64,000 bases of DNA from Podospora anserina (GCA_017654855.1 CM030333.1:3534001-3598000), one strand, 5' to 3'; counted from the first letter of the stretch, positions 1 through 13,636 are shown. A program made the numbers and translations. The notes: generated by a model not told the origin, from the letters alone.

Positions 1-728
1 GATCGGTGTCAGCCGATTGGCATAAATGTGAATTGATGTAGTTCCAGTTGAGCCGGGAGGTGTGAAGGATCTCAGGTGCCGACTACCTAAGGTGGGTAGC
101 TACACTACTCCATAGCGTTCGCTGTGTGCTTGCTGAAAGATCATGATTGACAACCGGTCTTTGGGCGATCTTGAATCGCTAGTTTGGCACGGAAAAGTTG
201 CCAAACTACGCTGTCACATCAGGGGAGCGTGTGTTGCAAGAGCCGTTCGTTTCTTCTCGTTCCCAATCGAGAACTCGCCTCCGTGCTCAGGTCACCGCTA
301 CCCCTTCATCTCTGGCTCTCTCGTCGCCGAACCCTGAAGATAACGTCCCATGATATCTGCCACGTTCGGCTGAAGGATTTCCTATGGCCATAAGCAGCCA
401 CGGTTCAATAATCCACTCTCATATCCCTGCCTAGCTCAGGCTGCTGTTCTCAGGTACATGACCACAGGTTCCACGGCTGGTCTAAGCTTTGTGCCATCAA
501 GGTAATCTCGCCAGTGAGCTAAACATTCATAAATCGTTATGGCCTAGAATAGCATAAGTTATGAACGAGCAACACCCTGAGTTCAGGAGGGACATCGCAT
601 CAAGGCTTCATGCCACATATATGCCCCCTTCATAACATTGAACAATGAATAAATGTTGCGTGATATAGTTATGGTATATTTCGTTATTTCACTCCTTGAA
701 AACAAGCCATCTCAACATTCCACCAAGG

Positions 729-3458
729 TTACACCTCGATCATGTCCACATCCCCCTCCCCATCCTCCTTCACCGCCTTCAGCGACGGCGCCAGGGCATC
801 CATCTCTCTCAAGGTATACTCCACCAAATAACTCTCATCCACCAGCTCCTCCATCCTCTTGTAATGTCTCTCCGTGTACACCTTTAGCGCATTAAGCACC
901 TCCTTCAAGCTCTTCTGCCCCCTCGCTCCCTTGACGCTCAAGCCCGAGAACTTATCAGCCGGATAGCTCCTCACCAGCGCGGAGAGAATCCGCTGCGCAA
1001 CAGGTGCCGTGCGCGCGTTTGTGTTCCAGTCTCGTAACCTCAGCAACAAAAGGAACAGCTGCTCATCTGACAAGCTAGCAAGAACCTGGTCGACAGCTCT
1101 CAGCCCGGTGAAGCTACCCGCTTCAGGAGTAGGCGAGGTGACAACGTTGGTGAAAAGCTTGAGCAGGCGGCCTGGGTGGTTGAGCTGGAGAGCCAAGACG
1201 ATGGCGTCTCTGTAGGCACCGATATGGATGTAGTTCTCCAACTCCTGCTCCTGCTCAACAAGCCGGGTGGCGGCTTCGGTGGCGGCGGTCTGGGTCTCGG
1301 ATGTGGTGTCCTTCCAGAAGGTAATCTTGGAGTCGGAGCCAGCCGAGACAATCGTGTTGCTTTTCGGGTGCACGGCCAAGGTCCACAGTCTGTCTTCGTG
1401 GTTGTCAAGGGTGCATTCTGTTTCGCCCGTGTTGGTGTCCCAGATCTTGACGAGACTGTCAGCGCCAGCGGAAGCGAAATGGACATTTTTCCTGCTGGGA
1501 TCCTCCTCGACTGTGGGGATGTGCAACCACACCACTTTCAGAACGTTGTGGGAGTGTCCTTCAAAGGTGCGAAGACACGTGTAGTCGGAAAGATTCCACA
1601 GCTTGATAGTCTTGTCACCACTGCCAGTGACGATGACACCCTTTCCAGAGACAGCACCACCTGTCTCGCCTTGGATGGCTGGAGTATGGAGGGGAGCAAA
1701 CTTGACCGCCCATACACCTCTCTTGTGGCCCTTGAGGATACCCTGCACCTCGAGCCTTTCTGTGTCCCAAATCTTGACCGTCTTGTCCTGTGACGCAGAA
1801 GCGAATAACTTTCCAGATGGGTTGATATCCAGGGCGTTGATGTCTTTCTCGTGCGCCAATCTCCTGAGACTAGTTGTCTCTTTGAACGGTTGTGATGGTC
1901 GGGGAATAAGTCGCTTCTGGACAAATCTGTCCTGAGAACCGGAAATCAGGAATGCTGGAGGGTGGTCGAGAGGGTTCTTGAACGCCTCAGAGTCTTCCGG
2001 AGGAGCAACCTTGGGCAAAGACACTGCTCCCACCGACTCCAGGTGACCAGTGAAGGTAGCATAACACTCAAAAGAATTCTTTGCAGGATCAACCCTCCAT
2101 ATTCTGGCTGTGTTATCTTTTGCACCACTGGCCACCCAGTGACCAGACCAATCCACATCCAGTGACATGACGAGATCCTCGTGTCCCTTGAGCAAGGCAA
2201 CGTCGTGCCCGAAATAGGAACCGCCCTCCTCCCCGCTATCTGTTTTGACAGATACTATCCTAATATCCTCCGAGTTCGTCGCAAGCGCCATCATGGACTG
2301 ATCTCGTAGAAGGTAGACCAAGTCGTAGATTTCGTCGTGTGTGCCGGATATCCGTCTAAACGGCTCCCAGAAGAACTCTCCCGCACTCGCACTGATATCT
2401 TCTGCTTTCGGGACCTGATAGAGGGCGAGCGTGTAGTCGGCCTGGGCGCACACAATCAAGGACTTCTCTGGCAAGTAGACGGTAGAAAGAATAGCCTCGC
2501 CCTCCGCCTTGGGGTCTTGTTTCGCAGTGATTTCCTGGTGTGTAGTTGAGTCCCATATCCGCAAGAGACCGCTCTCTCCGGCTGAGTACATCCACTTCCC
2601 TTCATTCAAGAACCCTACAGATTCCACCAACTCGTGCCGCAGCATTGGCGTTCCCTGCCAGCCATTCTCCCCCCAAAGCCACATCGTCATCGTCTTATCT
2701 CTGCTGCCTGTGAGCAAAGCATGCTGCTCGGGCGAGTAGTCGATGCTCTGAACATTAGACTCGTGCGCCTCCCTTTTCCTTTTCGCATCGGAGTATACGG
2801 GAGTCGCGGTGCGTTTGTGAAGATCGAAGATGCGGACCTTGCCGTCTTGTGTGCCCCAGGCCAGCCGAAACTTGGAGTCGACACCGTTGGTGCCGTCATC
2901 CTGGTCGTTCTTTCGCGAGCCCTTCTTGGGCCTTCGGTCGATTGTGGTGTCGGCGGCGGTCGCGGCGATCTCGAAAAAGTGCAGGGCTGAAATGAGAACA
3001 CTCGGTCCGCTGACGGTGTGGGTTACATATCCTCCAACAATATCCCAAATCTTGATGGCGCCATCGGCGGCACCAGTAGCCAACAATGTGCTTGTTCTGT
3101 CGACGGCCAGCACAACCACAGGGGTGGCATGTGGCTTCGAGGTTCGGACGAGTGTCGTTTCGATCGAGTCGAATTCTGGGGAGACTGTGAGGGCGTAGAT
3201 TCGCATCGTCAGCGACCGGGAGCACACAATCAAGTGCGACCCCGAAGGCGTAATGGTCAGGGTCGAAATCGGTTCGCCATCTCCTTCAATCTCGGCCAGA
3301 TTCTTTCCAGTCGTCAATTCGGTGAGCACCGCGTTTTCGCCCAGTGTCGAGGCGAGGATTCTGGCGCCATTTTCGAGCGCAACAGATCCTCCGGTATAGA
3401 TGGGCTGTATAACATTTCCAACCTCGAAGGTGGTCTTTGCTGCTTGTCGTGTGGCCAT
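729..3458 (-). CDS. UTP13: U3 snoRNP/SSU processome WD40 protein Utp13
   Basis: Intronless 909-aa ORF with many WD40 repeats and a C-terminal Utp13 domain (LRDWNTNAR...YTERHYKRMEELVDESYLVEY). Confidence 0.93.
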   Translation of the reverse strand: MATRQAAKTTFEVGNVIQPIYTGGSVALENGARILASTLGENAVLTELTTGKNLAEIEGDGEPISTLTITPSGSHLIVCSRSLTMRIYALTVSPEFDSIETTLVRTSKPHATPVVVLAVDRTSTLLATGAADGAIKIWDIVGGYVTHTVSGPSVLISALHFFEIAATAADTTIDRRPKKGSRKNDQDDGTNGVDSKFRLAWGTQDGKVRIFDLHKRTATPVYSDAKRKREAHESNVQSIDYSPEQHALLTGSRDKTMTMWLWGENGWQGTPMLRHELVESVGFLNEGKWMYSAGESGLLRIWDSTTHQEITAKQDPKAEGEAILSTVYLPEKSLIVCAQADYTLALYQVPKAEDISASAGEFFWEPFRRISGTHDEIYDLVYLLRDQSMMALATNSEDIRIVSVKTDSGEEGGSYFGHDVALLKGHEDLVMSLDVDWSGHWVASGAKDNTARIWRVDPAKNSFECYATFTGHLESVGAVSLPKVAPPEDSEAFKNPLDHPPAFLISGSQDRFVQKRLIPRPSQPFKETTSLRRLAHEKDINALDINPSGKLFASASQDKTVKIWDTERLEVQGILKGHKRGVWAVKFAPLHTPAIQGETGGAVSGKGVIVTGSGDKTIKLWNLSDYTCLRTFEGHSHNVLKVVWLHIPTVEEDPSRKNVHFASAGADSLVKIWDTNTGETECTLDNHEDRLWTLAVHPKSNTIVSAGSDSKITFWKDTTSETQTAATEAATRLVEQEQELENYIHIGAYRDAIVLALQLNHPGRLLKLFTNVVTSPTPEAGSFTGLRAVDQVLASLSDEQLFLLLLRLRDWNTNARTAPVAQRILSALVRSYPADKFSGLSVKGARGQKSLKEVLNALKVYTERHYKRMEELVDESYLVEYTLREMDALAPSLKAVKEDGEGDVDMIEV

Positions 3459-3524
3459 TTTCGCAGCTGTGTGGGTTTTCCTGAGAATGCGAATGCGGTC
3501 GATTGAACGCTGCTTGGTCGCGAC

Positions 3525-3570
3525 CCCAAATTTTTTGCCCAGCCAGTTCCTGTATTTTTTTGCGATAAGA
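3525..3570. promoter_or_regulatory. RRPE-like (AAATTTTTT) and PAC-like (GCGATAAG, 3562-3569) motifs in the divergent UTP13 promoter
   Basis: Near-matches to the yeast ribosome-biogenesis motifs 70-110 nt upstream of the UTP13 ATG. The PAC-like motif has one mismatch to GCGATGAG. Confidence 0.35.
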
Positions 3571-3762
3571 GCTGGTAAAATAAGGTTATCTTAGCGCTCA
3601 TTACCCCGGTCGACCTGTTCTTGGCATCCTGCAAGGAAGCTTTGACGTGCTTGCGTCCCACTCAGCCCAGCCAACGTCCTCTGTTCAACGTGCTCCCATT
3701 TCGACGGGAGATGGGTCAATCAGCTGGTCTGATCAACTCATCGCTTATAACAGTTGCCCACC

Positions 3763-5598
3763 ATGGGTCTTCTGGAGCCCCTAATCTCAATGGCTCTGGT
3801 ATGGTAACTCTGACGCCATGGAGGATTCGATCCAACGGTCTAACCAATCTCACAGGGACGATCTCCTTATGACGAGGTAATCTTCCCAAATACCTCCCAG
3901 CAAAATGAACAAGACAACGAGCATGATGGATATCGTCAACTATACGATGAGCGGGGTCGCCCAATCAACCCGGAAACCCGGCGCATCAACAGAGATGTCG
4001 TTCGGTCGCATAACGAAGTCATGACGGTGATAGGTGTCGCTGAGCCTGACAACGGCCCCGATGATGCTCATGCAATGTCCTCTCATCGGCATAATGTCTA
4101 TGAGGACAGGTGGGGAAACAGACTGCTCAATCTAGGCGGTGTTCTTGATACGGCCTGTGTCTGGGGCGTGAATGGCATGAGACAGCGCATTTTGGTGAGA
4201 ACTTATCCCGCAGATCTGCAAACTCCCGGCTGACTGTAGTCTAGCTATACAAACGGTACAGTCGAGTGCCATTCACAGAGACATTCGCCCTCGCCAGACA
4301 GGATCAATCTCTAGCTGCACACTTCTTGGGCGGCTTGCCAGCATTTGGCCTGAATGCAGTGATCGATCGCATGGTAGCCCCAAAGGTCAAGGAATACCCA
4401 ATGTATGTTCTCACCATGAATAGCTTCATATCATACGCTGGCTAATCATGTATCTAGACTTGGCTATGCCTCCATGTATATCCGTCTCCACCTGGTTGTG
4501 TACACCACGTTCCAACGCTTCGGCATCATTCCGGCAACCGAACTTCTTCCCAACTGGAGATTCTTCATCCCCGGCTCAAGCATATCACCTATTGTCGTCC
4601 CACCGCTGCCAACATCCCTCTGTCCAGTCGGAATTCTCAAATGGATAGGCGGCACCCTCCTCGGCGTTGCCCCCCTCGGTGGATTCTTCGCCTACATGAT
4701 CGTCTACAACCACGTTGCCAAGTTCTTCCGAATGAAGATTATAAACAATCTACCACTCCCCGGTAACCCACGGCCGGCGAAACGCAGAGCGCTCCAGGAT
4801 ATCACTCCCGTCCCGCCGACCTTTACACTCGAGATCCCTCCACCTGTTGATCAACATCCCGTTGTCAGCGGCTCATCATCCACCCCACCACCTGCCACCG
4901 CACCCACGCAACAACAACAACCACAACCCACCACTCGCACCGCAGAGGTTCCCCCCCGAAGACAAAGCATAACAACCACCACCACCCCGGGCGCCGGCAT
5001 CCCCCTTGTAACGGACGACTACGCCTCAGAGGAAGAAGAGCTAGAAGTCAGCGCAACCCTCATCTCCTTCGACGTCGAAGCAGCTGACTCTTCCAACACC
5101 CTCAGCGGTAACTTCAGCAGCAACCCCGCCGAAACAATCAACTCGGCCAACCCAGGCATATGGTCTGCCGAGCTCCGCCCCAATCCATCGGAAAACAACC
5201 GCGCCGCCCAGGCAAGCAGGGAGCGCACCTTTCGGGACAATAAACTGAGACGATTACCTGCTGCGCTGGCGACGGATGTGTTTGCTATTGGGCCGTCAAG
5301 GTTGATCATGAGCCCGGTTGCAGCGTTGTGCTGGACGGCGATGATTAGGCCTTACTTGGCGAGGGCGGGGAGGTGGGGGGAGTTGGAGGGGGTGAATGAG
5401 GTTGGACTTTGGGGGGCGTTTAGCTGGGAGGGGGTTTCGAGCTTGGTGGGGATGGAGTTGGTGTTGTTTAATTTGATGGGGAGCGTTTGGACGGTGGTGA
5501 GTGGGTTGGCGTGGACGGTGAAGATGGATGAGGAGGAGTGGGAGGAGTGTGGGGAGGGGTTGAGGGGGGAGGAACAGGAGGGGGAGGAGGAGAGATGA
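3763..5598 (+). CDS. Conserved-looking fungal hypothetical protein, probably membrane-associated; multi-exon
   Basis: ATG 3763 (MGLLEPLISMAL), a GT..AG intron, then LYDERGRPINPETRRINRDVVRSHNEVM. Further short introns near 4195-4243 and 4403-4457 join it to the 4474-5598 ORF, which has hydrophobic segments. Confidence 0.7.
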
Positions 5599-5718
5599 TG
5601 GGTATTGCTTTTGGAGGGGGAAAATGGGGTGTTATAGATGAGACAATGTGATAACCTAAAGTATGATACAAAAGAAGACCCAACGCCATGGCATTTGAAG
5701 TGTGTTATGAGTTCAGGA

Positions 5719-6261
5719 TCACGCTCTGCCCTTCCCCTTCGCTTTCGCCCTTAGCTTCCTCGTCTTTTCCTTGTCGACGATGTCTTTGACGATGGAGTGC
5801 AAATCTTGGTTTCTTCTAGCCAATAGCAGGACATCGTCTGTGGTGACTGTTGTTCTGTTGGCATGACGGCTGAAGGATTCCAGATCGGTAGCTACGTTTT
5901 CTGTTTTTAAGGTGGTCAGCAGCCGGCTATGTTATGAGATGGGATGAGATGAGATGAGATATTCCCGTAGCTGTATGAGATAGGATGAAAGAGAATGTCT
6001 TTCAGATGAAGCTACTGATCAACCCAAAGCATGAACTTACCGATCTGACTCCATACCATATCCGTCAGCGCACCGATAAACTGCGGCGTGGCATTCCTGT
6101 TCCTTCTCATGGACTCCTCATCGACGATCTTGCCGATGGAGAACCACAGGGCCGTCTTCAGCCGCTAGATTCATTTCTTGTCAGTTCCAAGTCTTACATA
6201 TCACTCAAACATAAAAAAATAAACACACCTCACGGATTTCATCCTCACTTTGATCAGCCAT
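5719..6261 (-). CDS. MHF1: CENP-S/MHF1 histone-fold protein
   Basis: Not in the ORF track. Exons 6261-6229, 6164-6041 and 5900-5719 give MADQSEDEIRERLKTALWFSIGKIVDEE...NATPQFIGALTDMVWSQIENVATDLESFSRHANRTTVTTDDVLLLARRN, the CENP-S signature. Confidence 0.9.
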
Positions 6262-6310
6262 CCTTTCTTTGTTGCGACGGGTTCAAACGTCTTGGCAGAT
6301 GTCGATGAGA

Positions 6311-6353
6311 GACGCGCTCAGACGCGTCGCAGTGTGCAAGGCCACTGACGCGA
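6311..6353. promoter_or_regulatory. Cluster of MCB-like ACGCG elements upstream of MHF1
   Basis: ACGCG at 6312, ACGCGT at 6322 and ACGCGA at 6348, 50-90 nt upstream of a DNA-repair/kinetochore gene. Confidence 0.5.
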
Positions 6354-6885
6354 AGTCAGCAGGTTTGCGGTGGACTTCCAGATTGGCACTAGAATCAAAA
6401 TAGGTTTAGAGTTGTCTTGGGATTATGCAAGCTTGAAAGTGGGGAGAGACGGTGGTGGAAGAGCCGCAACGGTGTCTAGAATGACGGCGTTGTTTGTTTG
6501 TGTTGATTGTCAAGGCTGGCATCACAAGGTAGACTGTTAGCTATCTAGCCGGTAGACTGAGCAGGCCCAGTTTTGATCACCGTAAAAAATACAAGAACAA
6601 AACTAAAGTTTCTGATTCTCAATTCTTCTTGCCGGCCCTGCCGGAAGTACACACCCCTAACTCTACAGCGGGGTCCGCAGCACACCGCAGCACTCCCGCC
6701 TTTACGTCGAGCTCCTTGCCTGCATGGTAGATTTTCGCGCATCCTTTTCGCATCTTCAACCTATACATACTCCCTCAACCCACCACATAACCCCCCCAAT
6801 CTTTGCGCCTTTTCCTTGAACATCAATCCCGTCACCGATTATCTATTCCACACCCCCAAACTCCCACCAAAATAACCTGCCCACC

Positions 6886-7405
6886 ATGGACGACCTCGCC
6901 AACCTCGCCACCACCATCGGCGACCGCTTCACCACCAACCTCAAGTCCACCCTCGACAACATGTCCCCCCAAAAATGGATCCGAGTCATCATCGTAGCCG
7001 GCGCCTGTTCGTCTTCCCTCCCTCCCCTCATTCCCATTCTGTTCACCCACTAACCCCCCACCGCTAGACCTCCTCCTCCGCCCTTACCTGATGAAACTCG
7101 GCGGCCGCGCCCAAATGGCCTCCTACGAAGACGAGCACGCAGCGACAGAAGCCGAGTTCGCCGCCAAGGCCAAGGCCAAAATCTCCCCCAACGAGCTCCG
7201 GGGCAAAGTCCAGATACCCGAGGACACAGACTCTGAAGGTGAAGACGCAGAGGGCGGGTCAACTGCCGCTGACTGGGGCAAAAAGGCGAGGAGGAGACAG
7301 AGGGATATGATCAAGAAGCTGCTGGAGGCTGAAGAAAGAAGATTGCAGGAGAGTAAAGAGGAGGAGGAGGATAAGGACATTGAGGAGTTTCTGATCAAGG
7401 ATTAA
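6886..7405 (+). CDS. PGA2-like (DUF1531) small single-pass membrane protein
   Basis: Exon 1 MDDLANL...KWIRVIIVAGA, intron about 7007-7067, then YLLLRPYLMKLG...WGKKARRRQR...EEDKDIEEFL. Confidence 0.7.
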
Positions 7406-7645
7406 GCGCACATGAGTGGCATGGTTAAGGTGGAAAAGGGTGGTATAGAAACCGGGAACGGGAACAGGAGGGTCGGTTTATCAAAATGGAAGGACTTTTT
7501 GGGTAACGACATAAAGATGGATGGGGGTACATATAACCTAACGTACATAATGATAATAAAGCTTCCAACTGCCATGTTCAACTAGTGCCCTTCCAACTTG
7601 TAACCATGATATAAGATCCTTCTTCACCTGTCATATCCTGAACAT

Positions 7646-9461
7646 TCAAGCAGCAACCTCCGCCAACTCCAACCCCTCCCTCCTCCACTGCCAATAACCC
7701 CCCCTAATCCGATCCCACTTCTCCATCAACCTCCTCAAGCACAAATCCGCCCTCTCCCTCTCCCCCAACTCCTTATAAACCTCGGCCAACAAATCCAACG
7801 CATGACTCGACCTCACCTCCTCCCCTTCCTCCCCCTCGCCCAACCCCTTGACAAACTCCTCGGCAAACTCCCTCACAGAACTCAACCCCCTCCCCCCTTT
7901 AACCAACACCCCCCTCAAGTAATTCCACCCCGACTGATTCTGCGGCGCCAACCTAATCTTCTCCTCCGCATAAGCCACCTCCCGATCAACAATCTCCCCA
8001 GGCACCTTTGGGTCCGCCTCGGTAGCCGCATACTTTTCTCCAGGCGTGCAGTTCTCCGGATCGGAAAACACCAAATAAAACCTATGCGACCAAGCCGAAT
8101 TGTTCCTCACATCCTGCTCAATCAGCTCCTCTGTGCTCCTCAGCTCCTCCGGGTTCCCCCACACCCCCAGCTTGCCCACCATCCAGGAGCGGTAGCTCCA
8201 CACGTGGTAGTTCTTTGTGTCTTCCGCCAATATCTGGGTCAGAAACTCCCTTTCCGAAGTAGCAAACGATGCCAGCGCCGGAGGGTCAGACGCGATGGAG
8301 GGGTGGTAGTGTTCTACCAACAAATTCCGGTGGTGCCAGATCTGGTAGTTTTTCAGGTTCTCCAGCGCGATCTGGTTGAGCCAGGTGATCTCGTCCGGGA
8401 TGGGGAGCTTCATGGCGAAGATGTTGGCCGCGCGGAAGAGCCAGACGGTGTAGTGCGCCGGGTTGAGGTTGATGATGTACTCGGTCAGCTTGAGGGAGCG
8501 TGGGGAGTACTCTTTTGCCGACATGACGGCGCGGAGGTAGGACATTGCTTGAACCAGCTGTTAGTCTCGATTCTCTGGAGTATGGGGCGGTGATAAAAGG
8601 GGCTGGGCTCACCTTCAGCGTAGTCAGGAGAATACGCAATCGCCGCCAGGGCGTTCTCCGGATCCTCCATCACAATCGGCACCACGTCATCCCACTCCGG
8701 ATCCAGCGCCAGCTTCCCCTGCCTCGCCATCCTCTCCGCGCCGTACAACTCCCTGCTTAGCCTCTCCATCTCTCTCCGTCGTTGCTTTTCCTCAGTATAC
8801 TCTGAATCAGTAACCAAAACCTGATCTCCCGTCTGGTAGTCCACAAACCCCCTCTTTTGCCTATCCCTCAGCTCCCTAAACCTCTGCGACTGCAGCTGCA
8901 GACAAGACAACGTCACTCTCTTCTCCTGCCGTATTCCCCACTCCTTGGCGGTATACTCCCCGATATCCCTCCCCCGTGAGTCAACACCTTTATGTTGCTG
9001 CTGCCGTTTCTTATATTTCCTCAGATTAAACCCCCTAGCAGGAAGCGAGTGCTCATTAACCGTCTTCCACAAATCCTTCTGCCCCTTTGCACCCAAAAAC
9101 CGAACCGGCAGCCGGGTGACAAGCCGTGAAGCAAGCCAGACAAGCTGTTCCGCTTGCGTCGTCGATCTCTTTCCCTCGAACGGGTGACAAAGCTCAAAAT
9201 GATATCTCGATAACTCGGCGACGGTGGAAGGTTCCTCCTTTTCTGGTTGTTTGGAAGCGTTGTTGTTGTTGTTGTTGGTACTAGGTGCAGCCGGAGCTGA
9301 TGGTTTGGTGGTGGTGACGGTGGTGGTGGCTGCTTGCAAACAAACAATACTTAGCATTCACAATACCAACCAAAACCCTAAACACAATAGAGCAGAAGAA
9401 GAAAAACAAACATACAACTTCCCGCTTTGGGCTTTTGCGCCGCTTTTCCTTTGGGCGGCAT
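7646..9461 (-). CDS. RAM2: Protein farnesyltransferase/geranylgeranyltransferase-I alpha subunit
   Basis: PPTA repeats (NPAHYTVWLFR, KNYQIWHHR, KNYHVWSYR, RNNSAWSHR, NQSGWNYL). ATG 9461 (MPPKGKAAQK), two introns, long N-terminal extension. Confidence 0.92.
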
Positions 9462-10204
9462 TGTCGCAAAACAAGAAAAGAACCAAAAAAAAAGGGAGCT
9501 GTTACTTCAGGCAGTTGGAGTGTGTTGAAATGGCGGGGCAGCAAGCCAGACGGGAGGTTTCAGGGAGACGCGGGTACACTCAAGCCCAAGCTTGGTTTCC
9601 AAAGCTTCCAGAAGGAATTCGGGCAGGGGTGAGCATGACAACAATCCCAACCCAATGTCAAAGACAACAATTGTAAGAAGAGAACCAACTCAAGTCAACA
9701 ACAAAACACAAATCAAATTCTTTATTTATCTTCCATCATCCCGGCTGCTTGCGGCTTTCTCTTGCCTTGATTCAACAATTACTACGTAAGATGCTCGAAA
9801 ACCGGAGGTAAAATATCCCGAGGTAGTAAATGGTACCGCAACGTAGAAATGTTCTAATAAATCATCCATCCAAATCCTGAACCAAGAAGTGATAGCAGCC
9901 ACAAGTATATTAGTACAGAACCGAGCAAAAGTATCACCATTACACAATAGCCCCCTTCTTTTGAAGCTTCCCCCCCCCCCCCTCTTTTTTTTCCACAGAA
10001 TCATTAACTCCTATCCCCGCCTGCCTGCCTTCCCTCCCTGCTGCCCATGGCCCATGTTGATCACCACCTCAAGAAATCCTCTCTAGTCCAAAATAATAAT
10101 AGAAAGTCGCATTAGAAGCCTTACGCAAGCGAAAAGAAAAAAAAACCGGCCATACGGTGAATGAATCGAATAATACGCCCATACGCATGCATGACAAGCC
10201 CCTT

Positions 10205-11853
10205 CTAGATATCCGGGTTACTTTCCACTCTCCAAAACTTCCACCCTTCCCTCTCCCCAGGCATGCCACCATGCACACCCACCAGCCTCTCCACACCATC
10301 ATTCCCCTGCGCATTGAGGAACTTTTCCTGATCAATCTCCATACCACCCTCCTCATCCTCCACCGTGCCGTTTTTTAGAACCGCAGGCCACAAAACACCC
10401 ACGCCGTCACCACCAAGCGTAGTCTCAAATCTTTGGTAGCCCTCCTCGTCAAGCTGCTCCTCTAACCTAGCGAGTTTCTCTCTAGGAACCCCGGGTTTTA
10501 GGAGAGTAATCGAGCAACCACCACCACCGGCACCGGTTAGTTTCGTCCAGCCTATCCCTTGGTGGTCTACCAGCTCGCGGACACGTTCGAGTCTGGGGTG
10601 TGAGACGCCAAGTGAGACCAGCAAACCGTGGTTGATGTTCATCAGCTCGCCCACACGGCGAAGGCTGTCCTCCTTCTCCGTGGAGAAATCGTCCTCGGCA
10701 ATGAGCTCAGCCGATGTTTGCGTGACCTTGTCAATGGCATCAAGAATGCTGCCAACAAGCTTCGGGTGAGTGTCCTTCAACCTCCCCACCTTGGCCACCT
10801 CATGCGCCGTGGATTTCGGCGTCCTGGTGTCGACCAAAAGGAGTGGCAACTCGGGGAAATCCCAAAGTGGTTTTACATCAGGTGCCTTGCTGTAATCCGT
10901 TCTCTGGAACATGACGGCCTTGCCCTGTGTGGAGACGGTGTTGTCCACACCGGAGGGGTTGCCGTGGATGAACATCTCGTAGACGTACGCCCATCGGTTG
11001 ATGCGCTCAATCTGCATGCGGGCCTCCTCAGGCGGTTGATCCGGATGGGGCCCAGAAAGTGTCCTAAGCTGAAGCAACAGGGCTGCCGAGAGACACACAG
11101 CAATAGTGGCGCTGCTTCCGAGTCCTGCGCCTATTGGAATCGTGGAGCGCAATGTGTACTGGCAGGCGGGGAACGACTGTGATCCAAGGGACAAGAACAT
11201 GTACAAGAAAGAACCGGCCGAGTTCTGGTGAACTTTGCGAACATCCGCCGGCTTATCCGGCGAGACATCGGCGAGGTATGGCTGGATGGCGGCGACGAGC
11301 TCCTGGTCGATTTCGGTGACGAGACTGTAGTAGTACTTCTTTTTCGACGGCTGCTGGAAGATGGCCCAGGGCAGTTCGTCAATCCTCCACGAGTGGTCAA
11401 AGTCGATATCTGGGAACTTGAGTGTGACAGTCTTTCTCGACTTGGAGAGCGATGTTACGAGGAGGTAGGAGCGCAAAGCGATTGAAGCCGCGATCGCCGC
11501 CTGCAAGATGCGCCCACGTCAGTTTCGTCGCATTCAACCAACTCCAAGCGCTTGCTTCTTACCTTGCCGTGCACAACCGCATGTTCACCAAACACAATCA
11601 CCTTTCCCGGCGCCGAAACCATAAAACTAGGCATCATTGGGCTGGACTTTTTGCGTTGCATGCGATCTCTGATATTCCCGTTCCCATTCCCGTTGAGCGT
11701 GAGGTTTCCTGTGCCGTTGGTGATCCCGTTTGTGCCTTCGACGCCGTATTCGCTGGCGTTGCTGCTGCTGGCACTGATGCTAGAACTTTCGGGCTCGGTG
11801 TCCACGTGGTAGCCGTTCTGGCCGTTCCGGCCGTTCGCAATGGCCTGCGTCAT
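10205..11853 (-). CDS. ERG12: Mevalonate kinase
   Basis: SAPGKVIVFGEHAVVHG, GHMP motif PIGAGLGSSA, HGNPSGVDN, KLTGAGGGG. Intron 11562-11501. Confidence 0.96.
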
Positions 11854-13636
11854 GGCTTGTTGTGACTGACCAGAATTCCACCTGTCGTGTAACTACGGCC
11901 TCGGGTGAGACACAAAGGTTTCTCTGCGTGTGAGCCGAGAACAATGTTTAGCTAGTCGGCCGTCAATGGCTTGGAGGTGTGATGCGATCTAGGAACAAAG
12001 GAGTCTCGAGCGGCGCAAGTTGATTGCTTCGCTGGTCAAGTAGATGGGCTCGATTGCCGAGTTTTTCGCAACTGACTTCGGTCCGGTGTCTTTGACTAGA
12101 AATGATCTCCGGCGTATAAGTGCTATTACTCGCCGAGATATAGCTGCACGATAAGGGCGAAGTTGGTTCCTGACGTTTGGCTTTGCTGGACTGACTACCA
12201 ATAAAATAGCGATGATTGAGAGAAAGCGGACGCGAAAGAAAGGGAAAGAGGAGCAGTATAGGCGAGGGTGGGGTCGGTGGCTATTAATCTGGGGAGAAGC
12301 TGGTCACAGTCGGCTTGTTTATTATCTCTCACCTCAACTCTCGACGACAAGATAACAAAAAGAGGAGAAAGGGGTGAGAAAGGTACGAGGTGTGGTGGTA
12401 CAGATCACGGAAGGGGGAGAAGCAGGAAAATATGACGGATGGACATTGGACATTGGACGCGGCACTGCTTAGCCACGATGCACGACGGTTCGCAACAGGG
12501 GGGTTACTGCTTGATGAGCCCATTGGGTAACATTTGGCTTTCTCGAAGCTCCTGATTGGGCACCAGCATGCATTTCCAACGAACCGGGTGACAGTCAGGG
12601 GGGCCACGCTATAATGAAAGCTTTGAGCTCCGTTAAAATTATTACCTGACAGCGGTGTCAACGGTCTCGAACCCAACTCTTTGTCAGCGTGTTTCGAATG
12701 CGCAAAGGCGTGCAATTTCCCCCACGAAAAATCTCGAGTGGTCCCGTGACGCCTGTGCCAGGGCAAGTCGATGATGACAACGTGCCTCTGCTGCGGTCAA
12801 CCAAGATTGCGTCGCCCGCCGCCGTCAGGCCTGGCAATATTCTCGGTTCTGTCCCAATTTAGCGATGGAGGGGGACGCATGATGTGTCTGCGATCCGCTT
12901 ACAAAGGGGCATATCGGAGGTGTGGGGCTATGACATGGAGGTCTCGCGGGACTCGGTGCGGGGAGTGAGCCCGATTGACGGGAGTGGTGACACCGTTAAA
13001 TCGGCTACCCCATGCGGACATCACCCGAACTCGGGGATCGGACGTGTCCGGACATGGTAACACGTCATGCAGTTTGAGATCAATTCACTGCAGATGAGTT
13101 TCGAGGAAACCATTACACTTCAGCAACCTGGCATAATTAGCAATTACCATCATGTAATGGAATGGGTGATCATGGAACGCTGATCACAACCTCCAAAGCC
13201 ATTTGGTTGCTGCTGCTGCATCAGTCTAAGCCTCAGTTACGCAGTGGATTCGATCAGATGGAGCAACATCTTGTCGATGCTAACCCAGCCCAAATTCACA
13301 TAATCACGCCGAAGACAAGGGACCAAACCAGTACAGGTGTTTTTTTGTCTTGATTTGTTTTGTATAGCGTTGGCAGCCGGACGTAATCCATTGTTTTGAA
13401 GAGAACCCCTTTCCTGCCTTTCAACAAGACAAAGACGAGGTAAACTCCCACGTTCGTTCCTAAATCGTATCGCTTATTTCCCGAGACGCCGTATTCATCG
13501 AGTCGCAGACTTGAAGCCTGGACCCAGCACAAAAGTCGAATTTCTCCGTCATGCCAACGCCACCAACCCCGCCCCGGCAGAGCTCAAACTCTAGACCATG
13601 CTTCCATTGTTGTTTTCAGGAGACAGTCGTCAGAAT

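Noticed and set aside
12663-12674. B-box-like GGGTTCGAGACC on the minus strand
   Set aside because: The flanks do not fold into a cloverleaf; at most an isolated TFIIIC site.
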